The notes under the pieces: generated by a model | The model's database searches: none | Seen by the model: the letters and a program-made list of their open reading frames with translations, nothing else | What the model was told of the DNA's origin: nothing | Translations under genes and position numbers: made by a program | Shown: positions 56,596 to 64,000 of the stretch, in pieces | Numbering within the stretch: position 1 is the stretch's first letter | How the letters are laid out: each line of letters begins with the position of its first letter | DNA from: Bacteroidales bacterium | GTDB taxonomy: Bacteria; Bacteroidota; Bacteroidia; Bacteroidales; VadinHA17 | Direction of reading: 5' to 3' | DNA: 64,000 bases | Assembly: GCA_038325595.1 (NCBI GenBank) | Contig: JBBQJD010000003.1 | Location: 2,528 to 66,527, forward strand

Positions 56596-57018
56596 TTATT
56601 CCTGTTCGTAATCGCGTCGTACAATGAACTTTGTGGTAATCGGAAGTTTCTGGGCACCAAGGCGAAGAGCTTCTTTTGCTACTTCATAGGGTACCCCTTC
56701 TGCTTCGAGAATGATTCTTCCGGGTGTTATCGGAACAACAAATCCTTCAGGTGCTCCTTTTCCTTTACCCATACGTACTTCGGCGGGTTTCTTTGTTATA
56801 GGTTTATCGGGAAATATACGGATCCACAGCTGACCTTCACGTTTCATATGACGGGTAACAGCCTGCCTTGCAGCTTCGATCTGCCTTCCGGTAATCCAGT
56901 GCTCTTCAAGTGCTTTGATACCAAATGACCCGAATGCCAGCTGGTTGCCTCTTTGCGCGTTACCTTTCATTCTTCCCTTCTGGGCTCTCCTGAATTTGGT
57001 CCTTTTCGGTTGTAACAT
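56596..57018 (-). CDS. rplP: 50S ribosomal protein L16
   Basis: 140 aa; [27 protein letters not shown]. Confidence 0.97.
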   Translation of the reverse strand: MLQPKRTKFRRAQKGRMKGNAQRGNQLAFGSFGIKALEEHWITGRQIEAARQAVTRHMKREGQLWIRIFPDKPITKKPAEVRMGKGKGAPEGFVVPITPGRIILEAEGVPYEVAKEALRLGAQKLPITTKFIVRRDYEQE

Positions 57019-57057
57019 TGCTCAAATATTATTATGAAAATTATATACTACTAGTGC

Positions 57058-57756
57058 TTACTTTTTTGCTTTTCTCTTCAGACTCTTTGTCTTGGCATTT
57101 CTGGCACCAATATTCGGGCTGAGATCTCTTTTGCCGAAAACTTCTCCGTTACAGATCCAGACCTTGATTCCGATAAGTCCTACTTTTGTATGTGCTTCAG
57201 CTAAAGCATAATCAATGTCGGCACGGAAAGTATGAAGAGGAATACGTCCCTCTTTATATGTTTCACTTCTTGCCATTTCAGCTCCACCCAGACGACCTGA
57301 GATCATAACCTTGATACCTTCAGCTCCCATTCTTATGGTTGAAGCTATCGACATTTTGATTGCACGCCTGAAAGAGATTTTACCTTCAAGCTGACGGGCA
57401 ATGTTGTTTGCCACAATATTGGCATCCAGTTCGGGACGCTTAACTTCAAATATATTGATCTGAACTTCCTTCTTGGTGATTTTCTTGAGTTCTTCCTTCA
57501 GCTTATCGACTTCCTGTCCGCCTTTTCCGATAATGATACCGGGACGAGCTGTGTTGACAGTTACAGTAATAAGCTTAAGTGTTCTTTCAATGATAATCTT
57601 TGAAAGGCTGGCTTTTGCAAGTCGTGCATTCAGATATTCCCTGATCTTTGTATCTTCAACAAGTTTCCCGGAAAAGTCTTTTCCACCGTACCAATTTGAA
57701 TCCCATCCTTTGATTATTCCTAATCTGTTGCCTATCGGATTTACTTTTTGTCCCAT
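57058..57756 (-). CDS. rpsC: 30S ribosomal protein S3
   Basis: Track ORF trimmed to [14 protein letters not shown]; KH domain, [11 protein letters not shown]. Confidence 0.96.
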   Translation of the reverse strand: MGQKVNPIGNRLGIIKGWDSNWYGGKDFSGKLVEDTKIREYLNARLAKASLSKIIIERTLKLITVTVNTARPGIIIGKGGQEVDKLKEELKKITKKEVQINIFEVKRPELDANIVANNIARQLEGKISFRRAIKMSIASTIRMGAEGIKVMISGRLGGAEMARSETYKEGRIPLHTFRADIDYALAEAHTKVGLIGIKVWICNGEVFGKRDLSPNIGARNAKTKSLKRKAKK

Positions 57757-57760
57757 TGTA

Positions 57761-58180
57761 CTATTTTGATGTATTTTCAACTTCCTTATTGATACTGTCG
57801 AGAACCAGAGTTACATGGTTAGATCTTTTTCTTACCCTGTATGCTCTTCCCTGTGGAGCTGTCTGCAGTCTTTTCAATGAACGTCCGCCGTCAACATGTA
57901 CCAGTTTCACAAACAGGTTGCTGTCTTCCATCCTAATGCCTTCATTCTTTGACTGCCAGTTTGCAATTGCAGAGAGGAGAAGTTTCTCCATTCTGCGTGA
58001 TGCTTCCTGTGAACTGTATCTCAGGATATCAAGGGCTTTATTCACTTCCTGTCCACTGATAAGGTCTGTTACCAGACGCATTTTACGCGGGGATGTAGGA
58101 CAGTTTCTGAGAATAGCCTGGTATCTGTTCCTGGCTTCTTCTTTTCTCCGTTCTGCTGTATTTCTTTTTCTTGCACCCAT
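57761..58180 (-). CDS. rplV: 50S ribosomal protein L22 (with basic N-terminal extension)
   Basis: 139 aa; [35 protein letters not shown]. Confidence 0.95.
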   Translation of the reverse strand: MGARKRNTAERRKEEARNRYQAILRNCPTSPRKMRLVTDLISGQEVNKALDILRYSSQEASRRMEKLLLSAIANWQSKNEGIRMEDSNLFVKLVHVDGGRSLKRLQTAPQGRAYRVRKRSNHVTLVLDSINKEVENTSK

Positions 58181-58209
58181 TTCTAAATGTTTTTCAATGT
58201 TTACATTAC

Positions 58210-58473
58210 TTATTTATTACCAGAGTGTCCCCTGAACGTGCGGGTAGGTGAAAACTCTCCCAGTTTATGACCTACCATATTTTCGGTAATGTAAACGGGG
58301 ATAAACTTGTTCCCGTTGTGAACTGCTATAGTATGTCCTACGAAATCAGGCGAGATCACAGATCTTCTTGACCATGTCTTGAGCACTGATTTTTTCTGTC
58401 CTTCATTCATTTCAAGCACTCTTTTTCCGAGCTTGTAATCTATGAAAGGGCCTTTTTTAATTGATCTACTCAT
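58210..58473 (-). CDS. rpsS: 30S ribosomal protein S19
   Basis: 87 aa; [33 protein letters not shown]. Confidence 0.97.
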   Translation of the reverse strand: MSRSIKKGPFIDYKLGKRVLEMNEGQKKSVLKTWSRRSVISPDFVGHTIAVHNGNKFIPVYITENMVGHKLGEFSPTRTFRGHSGNK

Positions 58474-58478
58474 ATCAG

Positions 58479-59303
58479 TTATTTTTTCCTTCTTTCAATA
58501 ATAAATTTTGCAGAATACTTTTTCTTGTCCCTGGTCTTGAAGCCCTTTGCAGGAATTCCTTTCCTTGAACGCGGATGACCTCCGGAAGCTCTTCCTTCAC
58601 CACCACCCATCGGGTGATCGACCGGGTTCATTACAACACCTCTCACCCTTGGACGACGTCCCTGCCAGCGTGTACGGCCTGCTTTTCCTGATCTCTCAAG
58701 GTTATGATCGGGATTCGATACAGTACCGATAGTTGCACGGCATGTCGTAAGGATCATTCTTGTTTCACCTGAAGGAAGCTTGATTGTTGCATATTTTCCT
58801 TCACGTGCCGATAACTGTGCATAAGTACCTGCACTTCTTGCAATTGCTCCGCCCTTTCCGGGTTTAAGCTCAATATTATGAATGATTGTACCCAGGGGTA
58901 TATCACTTAAAAACATCGTATTGCCGATTTCGGGAGTTGCATCCTTTCCTGATAATAATGTCTGACCTACCTGGATGCCGACCGGTGCAACGATATATCT
59001 TTTCTCACCATCCTGATAAACTAAGAGAGCAATTCTCGAAGTACGGTTAGGATCGTATTCAATCGTTTTCACCACTGCAGGCATTCCATCTTTCTCCCTG
59101 AGGAAATCGATAATTCTGTACATCTGTTTGTGACCGCCTCCGATGTACCGCATAGTCCGTTTGCCGTTAACATTCCTTCCTCCTGATTTTCGACGCGGCT
59201 GAAGCAAGGATTTCTCCGGCGTTGCACTTGTGAGTGTATCAAAAGTGCTTGTGATCTTGTGTCTCTGACCTGGTGTTACAGGTTTGATCTTTCTGACTGC
59301 CAT
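58479..59303 (-). CDS. rplB: 50S ribosomal protein L2
   Basis: 274 aa; [28 protein letters not shown]. Confidence 0.97.
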   Translation of the reverse strand: MAVRKIKPVTPGQRHKITSTFDTLTSATPEKSLLQPRRKSGGRNVNGKRTMRYIGGGHKQMYRIIDFLREKDGMPAVVKTIEYDPNRTSRIALLVYQDGEKRYIVAPVGIQVGQTLLSGKDATPEIGNTMFLSDIPLGTIIHNIELKPGKGGAIARSAGTYAQLSAREGKYATIKLPSGETRMILTTCRATIGTVSNPDHNLERSGKAGRTRWQGRRPRVRGVVMNPVDHPMGGGEGRASGGHPRSRKGIPAKGFKTRDKKKYSAKFIIERRKK

Positions 59304-59311
59304 ATAGGTTA

Positions 59312-59602
59312 TTAAATATTGCTATAGAAATCAATTTTGTTTCCTTCTGAAAGGGTAACTATAGCTTTTTTAGTTGCTGCTGTTTTTCCTGTAAGAAGGC
59401 CCGATTTCGTATTACGGGATTTAATTTTCCCGCCATAACGCATCGTATTCACCGCTTCAACTGTAACACTGTACAATTCTTCAACGGCTTTTTTTATCTG
59501 TAACTTATTTGCATTTCGGGCAACGAGAAAACCATAGCGATTAAATTTATCGCCTTGGTTTGTCATTTTTTCAGTTACAATCGGTTTAAGCAAAATATTC
59601 AT
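59312..59602 (-). CDS. rplW: 50S ribosomal protein L23
   Basis: 96 aa; position between rplD and rplB; [20 protein letters not shown]. Confidence 0.93.
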   Translation of the reverse strand: MNILLKPIVTEKMTNQGDKFNRYGFLVARNANKLQIKKAVEELYSVTVEAVNTMRYGGKIKSRNTKSGLLTGKTAATKKAIVTLSEGNKIDFYSNI

Positions 59603-59615
59603 TACTCAAATTTTT

Positions 59616-60245
59616 CTAGTTTTCAAATGTTGCCTGCAAAACGTCAACTGCACTCTCCACAAGTATCAAAGTTGTGGCCTTCATTATCCTGTAAGTGCTT
59701 AATTCACTGGCAATTACAACATCAACCCCTTTTACATTTCGGGTTGACAAATATATGTTATTATTTTGTTCCGCGAAAACAAATACTGATTTTTTATTCG
59801 CAATATTCAGGTTATTTCCCATTTTGACAATTTCCTTTGTTTTCGGAGCGTCGAATGAGAAGTCTTCGAGGACAATAATATTATTTGTAGATGCCTTATA
59901 CGAAAGTGCTGATTTCCTTGCAAGTTGTTTAACTTTCTTGTTAAGCTTAAAGCCATAGAACCTTGGTTTTGGACCGAATACACGTCCACCACCGCGATAA
60001 AGTGGGTTTCTGATGTTTCCTGCACGTGCGGTACCAGTTCCTTTCTGCCTTTTTATCTTCCTGGTACTACCAGCTACCTCGCCACGTTCCTTTGCTTTAT
60101 GGGTACCCTGCCTCTGATTGGCCAGATACTGTTTTGTATCCAGGTATATGGCATGGTCGTTAGGTTCAATACCGAAAATTGAATCGTTCAGATCAACTTT
60201 TCTTCCGGTTTCCTTACCACTGATATTAAGAATCGTTAATTCCAT
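59616..60245 (-). CDS. rplD: 50S ribosomal protein L4
   Basis: 209 aa; [34 protein letters not shown]. Confidence 0.96.
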   Translation of the reverse strand: MELTILNISGKETGRKVDLNDSIFGIEPNDHAIYLDTKQYLANQRQGTHKAKERGEVAGSTRKIKRQKGTGTARAGNIRNPLYRGGGRVFGPKPRFYGFKLNKKVKQLARKSALSYKASTNNIIVLEDFSFDAPKTKEIVKMGNNLNIANKKSVFVFAEQNNNIYLSTRNVKGVDVVIASELSTYRIMKATTLILVESAVDVLQATFEN

Positions 60246-60865
60246 TATTTTGTTATTATTACGTAACCACCTTTGGGACCCGGGACTGATCCTCTTACAA
60301 TAATTAAATCATTCTCGGCCATAATCTTTACAACCTGCATGTCCATTGACATCACTTTATTGCCTCCTGTACGGCCCGCCATTCTCATGCCAGGCAATAC
60401 TCTTGAAGGGAATGATGATGCGCCGAGTGATCCGGGTGCCCTGCCCCTGTTATGCTGTCCGTGGGTTTGTCCGCCAACACCGGCGAAACCGTGACGTTTA
60501 ACAACACCCTGGAAGCCTTTTCCTTTTGACCATCCTCTTACATCAACAAGAAGGTTGGAACTGAAGAAATCAGCTTTAAGTGTTTCGCCTTCCTTAACCT
60601 GGCCTTCATCAAAGCCTGTAAACTCCATAAGTTTACGTTTCGGAGTTGTATTTACTTTTTTGAAATGGCCCTGCTCGGCTTTCGTAGTATGCTTTTCCTT
60701 CTTATCTTCGAATCCAAGCTGTACAGCAAAGTAGCCGTCTCTTTCCACTGTCTTGATCTGTGTTACAACACATGGACCGGCCTGCAGAACCGTACATGGA
60801 ACATTCTTTCCGTTTTCATCAAAAACGGAAGTCATTCCTACTTTTTTACCAATTAATCCCTGCAT
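60245..60865 (-). CDS. rplC: 50S ribosomal protein L3
   Basis: 206 aa; [25 protein letters not shown]; ATG overlaps the rplD boundary by 1 nt. Confidence 0.97.
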   Translation of the reverse strand: MQGLIGKKVGMTSVFDENGKNVPCTVLQAGPCVVTQIKTVERDGYFAVQLGFEDKKEKHTTKAEQGHFKKVNTTPKRKLMEFTGFDEGQVKEGETLKADFFSSNLLVDVRGWSKGKGFQGVVKRHGFAGVGGQTHGQHNRGRAPGSLGASSFPSRVLPGMRMAGRTGGNKVMSMDMQVVKIMAENDLIIVRGSVPGPKGGYVIITK

Positions 60866-60886
60866 CTCTATATTACTTTACTGGTT

Positions 60887-61192
60887 TCACACTTTAATTT
60901 CTACTTCTACTCCGCTTGGAAGCTCAAGTTTCATCAGTGCATCGATGGTTTTCGGTGTTGAGCTGTAAATGTCGAGCAACCTTTTATAGGATGACAGCTC
61001 AAACTGTTCTCTTGCTTTCTTGTTTACGAAGGGCGAACGAAGTACTGTATAAATCTTTTTATGGGTAGGCAGCGGAATAGGACCACTTACTACTGCACCA
61101 GTAGATTTTACTGTTTTTACAATCTTCTCGGCGGATTTATCCACCAGATTATGATCGTAAGACTTCAGTTTAATACGAATTTTTTGACTCAT
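60887..61192 (-). CDS. rpsJ: 30S ribosomal protein S10
   Basis: 101 aa; [33 protein letters not shown]. Confidence 0.97.
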   Translation of the reverse strand: MSQKIRIKLKSYDHNLVDKSAEKIVKTVKSTGAVVSGPIPLPTHKKIYTVLRSPFVNKKAREQFELSSYKRLLDIYSSTPKTIDALMKLELPSGVEVEIKV

Positions 61193-61194
61193 CT

Positions 61195-63297
61195 TTAAAG
61201 AATTTTTCCTTTTGTGGTTTCTATAATTCTGTTTGATATTTCTGCAGGTACCTTATCATAATGTGAGAACTCCATTGTTGAAGTTGCTCTTCCTGAGGTA
61301 AGGGTTCTCAGTACAGTAACATAGCCAAATTTTTCTGCCAGCGGTACTTTAGCTTTAACAACCCTTGCGCCTGCTTTCGATTCCATACCTTCCACCCTGC
61401 CTCTTCTCCTGTTGAAATCGCCAATGACATCACCAACATATTCTTCAGGAGTAACAACTTCTGTCGACATTATTGGCTCAAGAATCACAGGATTGCATTT
61501 ACCTGCAAATTTTCTGAATGCCTGTTTGGCTGCGATCTCAAATGCCAGGGCATCAGAGTCGACCGGATGGTACGAACCGTCTTTGAGGATTACTTTCAGA
61601 CTATCGAGAGGGAAACCTGCAAGTGGTCCGTTGACCATAGCTTCACGGAAACCCTTTTCAATCGATGGTATATATTCTTTGGGTATATGTCCCCCTTTAA
61701 CTTCATTAATAAACTGAAGACCTCTTACGTCATGGTCTGCCGGTGCCAGGTCGAAAGTCATATCAGCAAATTTACCACGGCCACCAGTCTGTTTTTTGAA
61801 TACTTCACGGAATTCGGCCATTGTTGTAATAGCCTCTTTGTAAGCAACCTGGGGAGCTCCCTGATTACATTCCACCTTGAATTCCCTCTTCAGACGGTCA
61901 ATAAGAATTTCAAGATGAAGCTCACCCATTCCGTGTATAACAGTCTGTCCGCTGTCAGGATCAGTCCTTACCTGGAATGTAGGATCCTCTTCTGCCAGTT
62001 TATTAAGCGCCATTGATAATCTGTCAACGTCAACCTGAGTTTTAGGCTCAATTGCAACGCCGATTACCGGCTCTGGAAAATCCATTGTTTCAAGCAGGAT
62101 CGGCTTATTTATTGCACATAAGGTATCGCCCGTTTTCAGATCTTTAAATCCGACTCCTGCACAAATGTCACCCGCAGCAATAAATTCTTTCGGATTCTGC
62201 TTATTGGCATGCATCTGGAAAAGACGGTTTATTCTTTCTCTCTTTCCTGTACGTACATTAAGAACGGTATCTCCGGCTTTAAGTGTACCGGAATAAATTC
62301 TAAGGAAAGCCAGACGTCCGACAAAGGGGTCAGTGGCTATTTTAAAAGCGAGAGCAGCCAATGGCGCTTCATCATCTGGTTCACGTGTAATTTCCTCATC
62401 ATTCCTTGGATCAATTCCGGTCACAGAACCTTTATCAACCGGGGAAGGAAGATAGGCTATAACGGAATCGAGGAGGCTCTGTACACCTTTATTTTTGAAA
62501 GCAGCTCCACAGATAACGGGTATCGCTACACCGTCAATAGCTGTTTTACGGAGCGCCGTCATTATCTCCTCAGCAGTGATCGATTCATGATCATCCAGAA
62601 ATCTTTCAAGCAGTGTATCATCAACACCTGCAATAGCTTCAACCAGCTTTCCTCTCCATTCTTCAGCTTCATCCCTCATATCCTGAGGAATTTCTTCTAT
62701 CTTGAAATTTGTAGCGTTTGCTTGGTCAGTATAATAAACAGTGGCTTTCATAGTCACCAGGTCTATAAATCCCTTGAAATTCTCCTCAGCACCGATAGGT
62801 ATCTGAACGGGCACAGGATTAGCGCCCAGCTTTTCCTGAATCTGCTGAACAACACTATAGAAATCAGCTCCTGCGCGATCCATTTTATTTATGAAAGCAA
62901 TCCTTGGAACAACATATTTATTCGCCTGTCTCCAGACAGTTTCTGACTGTGGCTCAACACCACCGACAGCACAAAAGACTGCAACTGCCCCATCGAGAAC
63001 CCTGAGTGACCTTTCAACCTCAACTGTGAAATCCACGTGTCCGGGAGTATCAATTATATTAATCTTATAATCGTCTCCATTGTATTTCCAGTATGTTGTT
63101 GTTGCTGCAGAAGTAATTGTAATCCCTCTCTCCTGTTCCTGAACCATCCAGTCCATCGTTGCATTTCCATCATGTACTTCACCCATACGATGCGTACGAC
63201 CGGTATAAAACAGAACTCGTTCTGTAGTAGTGGTCTTACCGGCATCGATGTGAGCCATAATTCCGATGTTTCTTGTATATTTCAGGTTCTTATCCAT
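61195..63297 (-). CDS. fusA: Elongation factor G
   Basis: 700 aa; [37 protein letters not shown]. Confidence 0.98.
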   Translation of the reverse strand: MDKNLKYTRNIGIMAHIDAGKTTTTERVLFYTGRTHRMGEVHDGNATMDWMVQEQERGITITSAATTTYWKYNGDDYKINIIDTPGHVDFTVEVERSLRVLDGAVAVFCAVGGVEPQSETVWRQANKYVVPRIAFINKMDRAGADFYSVVQQIQEKLGANPVPVQIPIGAEENFKGFIDLVTMKATVYYTDQANATNFKIEEIPQDMRDEAEEWRGKLVEAIAGVDDTLLERFLDDHESITAEEIMTALRKTAIDGVAIPVICGAAFKNKGVQSLLDSVIAYLPSPVDKGSVTGIDPRNDEEITREPDDEAPLAALAFKIATDPFVGRLAFLRIYSGTLKAGDTVLNVRTGKRERINRLFQMHANKQNPKEFIAAGDICAGVGFKDLKTGDTLCAINKPILLETMDFPEPVIGVAIEPKTQVDVDRLSMALNKLAEEDPTFQVRTDPDSGQTVIHGMGELHLEILIDRLKREFKVECNQGAPQVAYKEAITTMAEFREVFKKQTGGRGKFADMTFDLAPADHDVRGLQFINEVKGGHIPKEYIPSIEKGFREAMVNGPLAGFPLDSLKVILKDGSYHPVDSDALAFEIAAKQAFRKFAGKCNPVILEPIMSTEVVTPEEYVGDVIGDFNRRRGRVEGMESKAGARVVKAKVPLAEKFGYVTVLRTLTSGRATSTMEFSHYDKVPAEISNRIIETTKGKIL

Positions 63298-63328
63298 TAA
63301 TTCTGTTCCTTCAGCCTCTTGTTATCAA

Positions 63329-63805
63329 TTAAAACCGGAAATGAGCGAAAGCCTTGTTGGCTTCAGCCATTCTGTGTGTATCTTCTTTTTTCTTGTATGC
63401 TCCGCCTTCAAGCTTGTAAGCCGCCATAAGTTCTGCAGCAAGTCTTTCAGCCATTGAATGGCCAGTTCTTTTCCTTGCAAATGAAACCATGTTCTTCATG
63501 CTGATGCTTACTTTCCTGTCGGATCTGATCTCCATTGGTACCTGAAAAGTTGCACCTCCAACCCTGCGGGCTTTCACTTCAACCTGGGGAGTTATATTAT
63601 CAAGTGCCTGCTTGAATATTTCAAGCGGGGTCTTGCCTTCACTTTTAAATTTATCGCCGACGATCTCAAGTGAGTCGTAGAAAATTTTAAAAGCCAGATT
63701 CTTTTTACCACTAAACATAAGATTATTCACAAACCTTGTTACATACGGATCATTGAACTTTGGATCCGGTAACAGAATCCTCTTCTTTGGTCTTGACTTT
63801 CTCAT
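63329..63805 (-). CDS. rpsG: 30S ribosomal protein S7
   Basis: 158 aa; [27 protein letters not shown]. Confidence 0.97.
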   Translation of the reverse strand: MRKSRPKKRILLPDPKFNDPYVTRFVNNLMFSGKKNLAFKIFYDSLEIVGDKFKSEGKTPLEIFKQALDNITPQVEVKARRVGGATFQVPMEIRSDRKVSISMKNMVSFARKRTGHSMAERLAAELMAAYKLEGGAYKKKEDTHRMAEANKAFAHFRF

Positions 63806-63826
63806 TATCTTATTCCTTTAAACTTG

Positions 63827-64000
63827 TTACTTCTTAGGTCTCTTAGCACCATATTTTGATCTTCTCTGAGTACGGCCATCAACGCCGGATGTATCCAAAG
63901 CACCGCGGACAAGATGGTAACGGACACCGGGAAGGTCTTTAACCCTGCCCCCCCTGATCAAAACGATTGAGTGCTCCTGGAGGTTATGACCTTCTCCCGG
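63827..64000 (-). CDS. rpsL: 30S ribosomal protein S12, C-terminal part; CDS continues off the right edge
   Basis: Not in ORF track. Hand translation in frame from 64000: [57 protein letters not shown]. Confidence 0.93.
   Translation of the reverse strand, partial: PGEGHNLQEHSIVLIRGGRVKDLPGVRYHLVRGALDTSGVDGRTQRRSKYGAKRPKK

Noticed and set aside
57756-58235. 159-aa plus-strand ORF
   Set aside because: Antisense to rplV within the ribosomal operon; shadow ORF.
62209-62946. 245-aa plus-strand ORF
   Set aside because: Antisense shadow ORF inside fusA. The composition is Ser/Phe/Ile/Asn-rich with no recognisable domain.

Overview
Housekeeping-dominated chromosomal segment, most likely from a Bacteroidota (Bacteroidetes) genome. 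The right third (45.1-64.0 kb, all minus strand) is the contiguous str/S10/spc/alpha ribosomal super-operon, rpsL' through rplQ including fusA, secY, map, infA and rpoA, followed by eno. The rest encodes core envelope, metabolic and translation functions: bamA', uppS, nadK, pdxJ, udk, manA, yihA, prs, rplY, pth, lnt, dsbD, rng, HU, ssb, gldE/gldD-like, a GGGP-synthase-family gene, ychF, hutH, hisS, ppk2, a hybrid sensor kinase, a PP2C phosphatase and a UbiD-family decarboxylase. The phylum call rests on four things: TAnnTTTG -7 boxes 20-50 nt upstream of many start codons, a T9SS C-terminal sorting domain on an M14 peptidase, the ssb-gldE-gldD arrangement, and Bacteroidota-style r-proteins (Cys-poor L36, extended L22 and L17, a 29-aa bS22-like ORF). 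Three genes absent from the ORF track were recovered by hand (rpmJ, rpmD, the bS22-like peptide), as were the two edge-truncated CDSs (bamA', rpsL'). Several track ORFs were trimmed to internal starts. I found no rRNA, tRNA, CRISPR array, transposase, integrase or recognisable defence gene, and I do not see a convincing novel multi-gene protein system. The unusual content is mostly non-coding. (1) ppk2 is bracketed by two different short-unit tandem arrays (9-mer and 7-mer), each facing an inverted partner array. (2) A promoter- and terminator-bounded orphan unit of about 480 nt lies upstream of the UbiD-family gene and reads as a frameshifted, Cys-depleted IscA/HesB-like remnant. (3) An adjacent ORF-free stretch of about 330 bp is full of direct repeats and a palindrome. 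Secondary curiosities are a hybrid histidine kinase with a degenerate ATP-binding domain converging on a PP2C phosphatase, a secreted protein with an SPYG/Tyr-rich insert, and in-frame microsatellite or low-complexity tails on L25 and L17. All family assignments come from motif recognition by eye; no database search was run.
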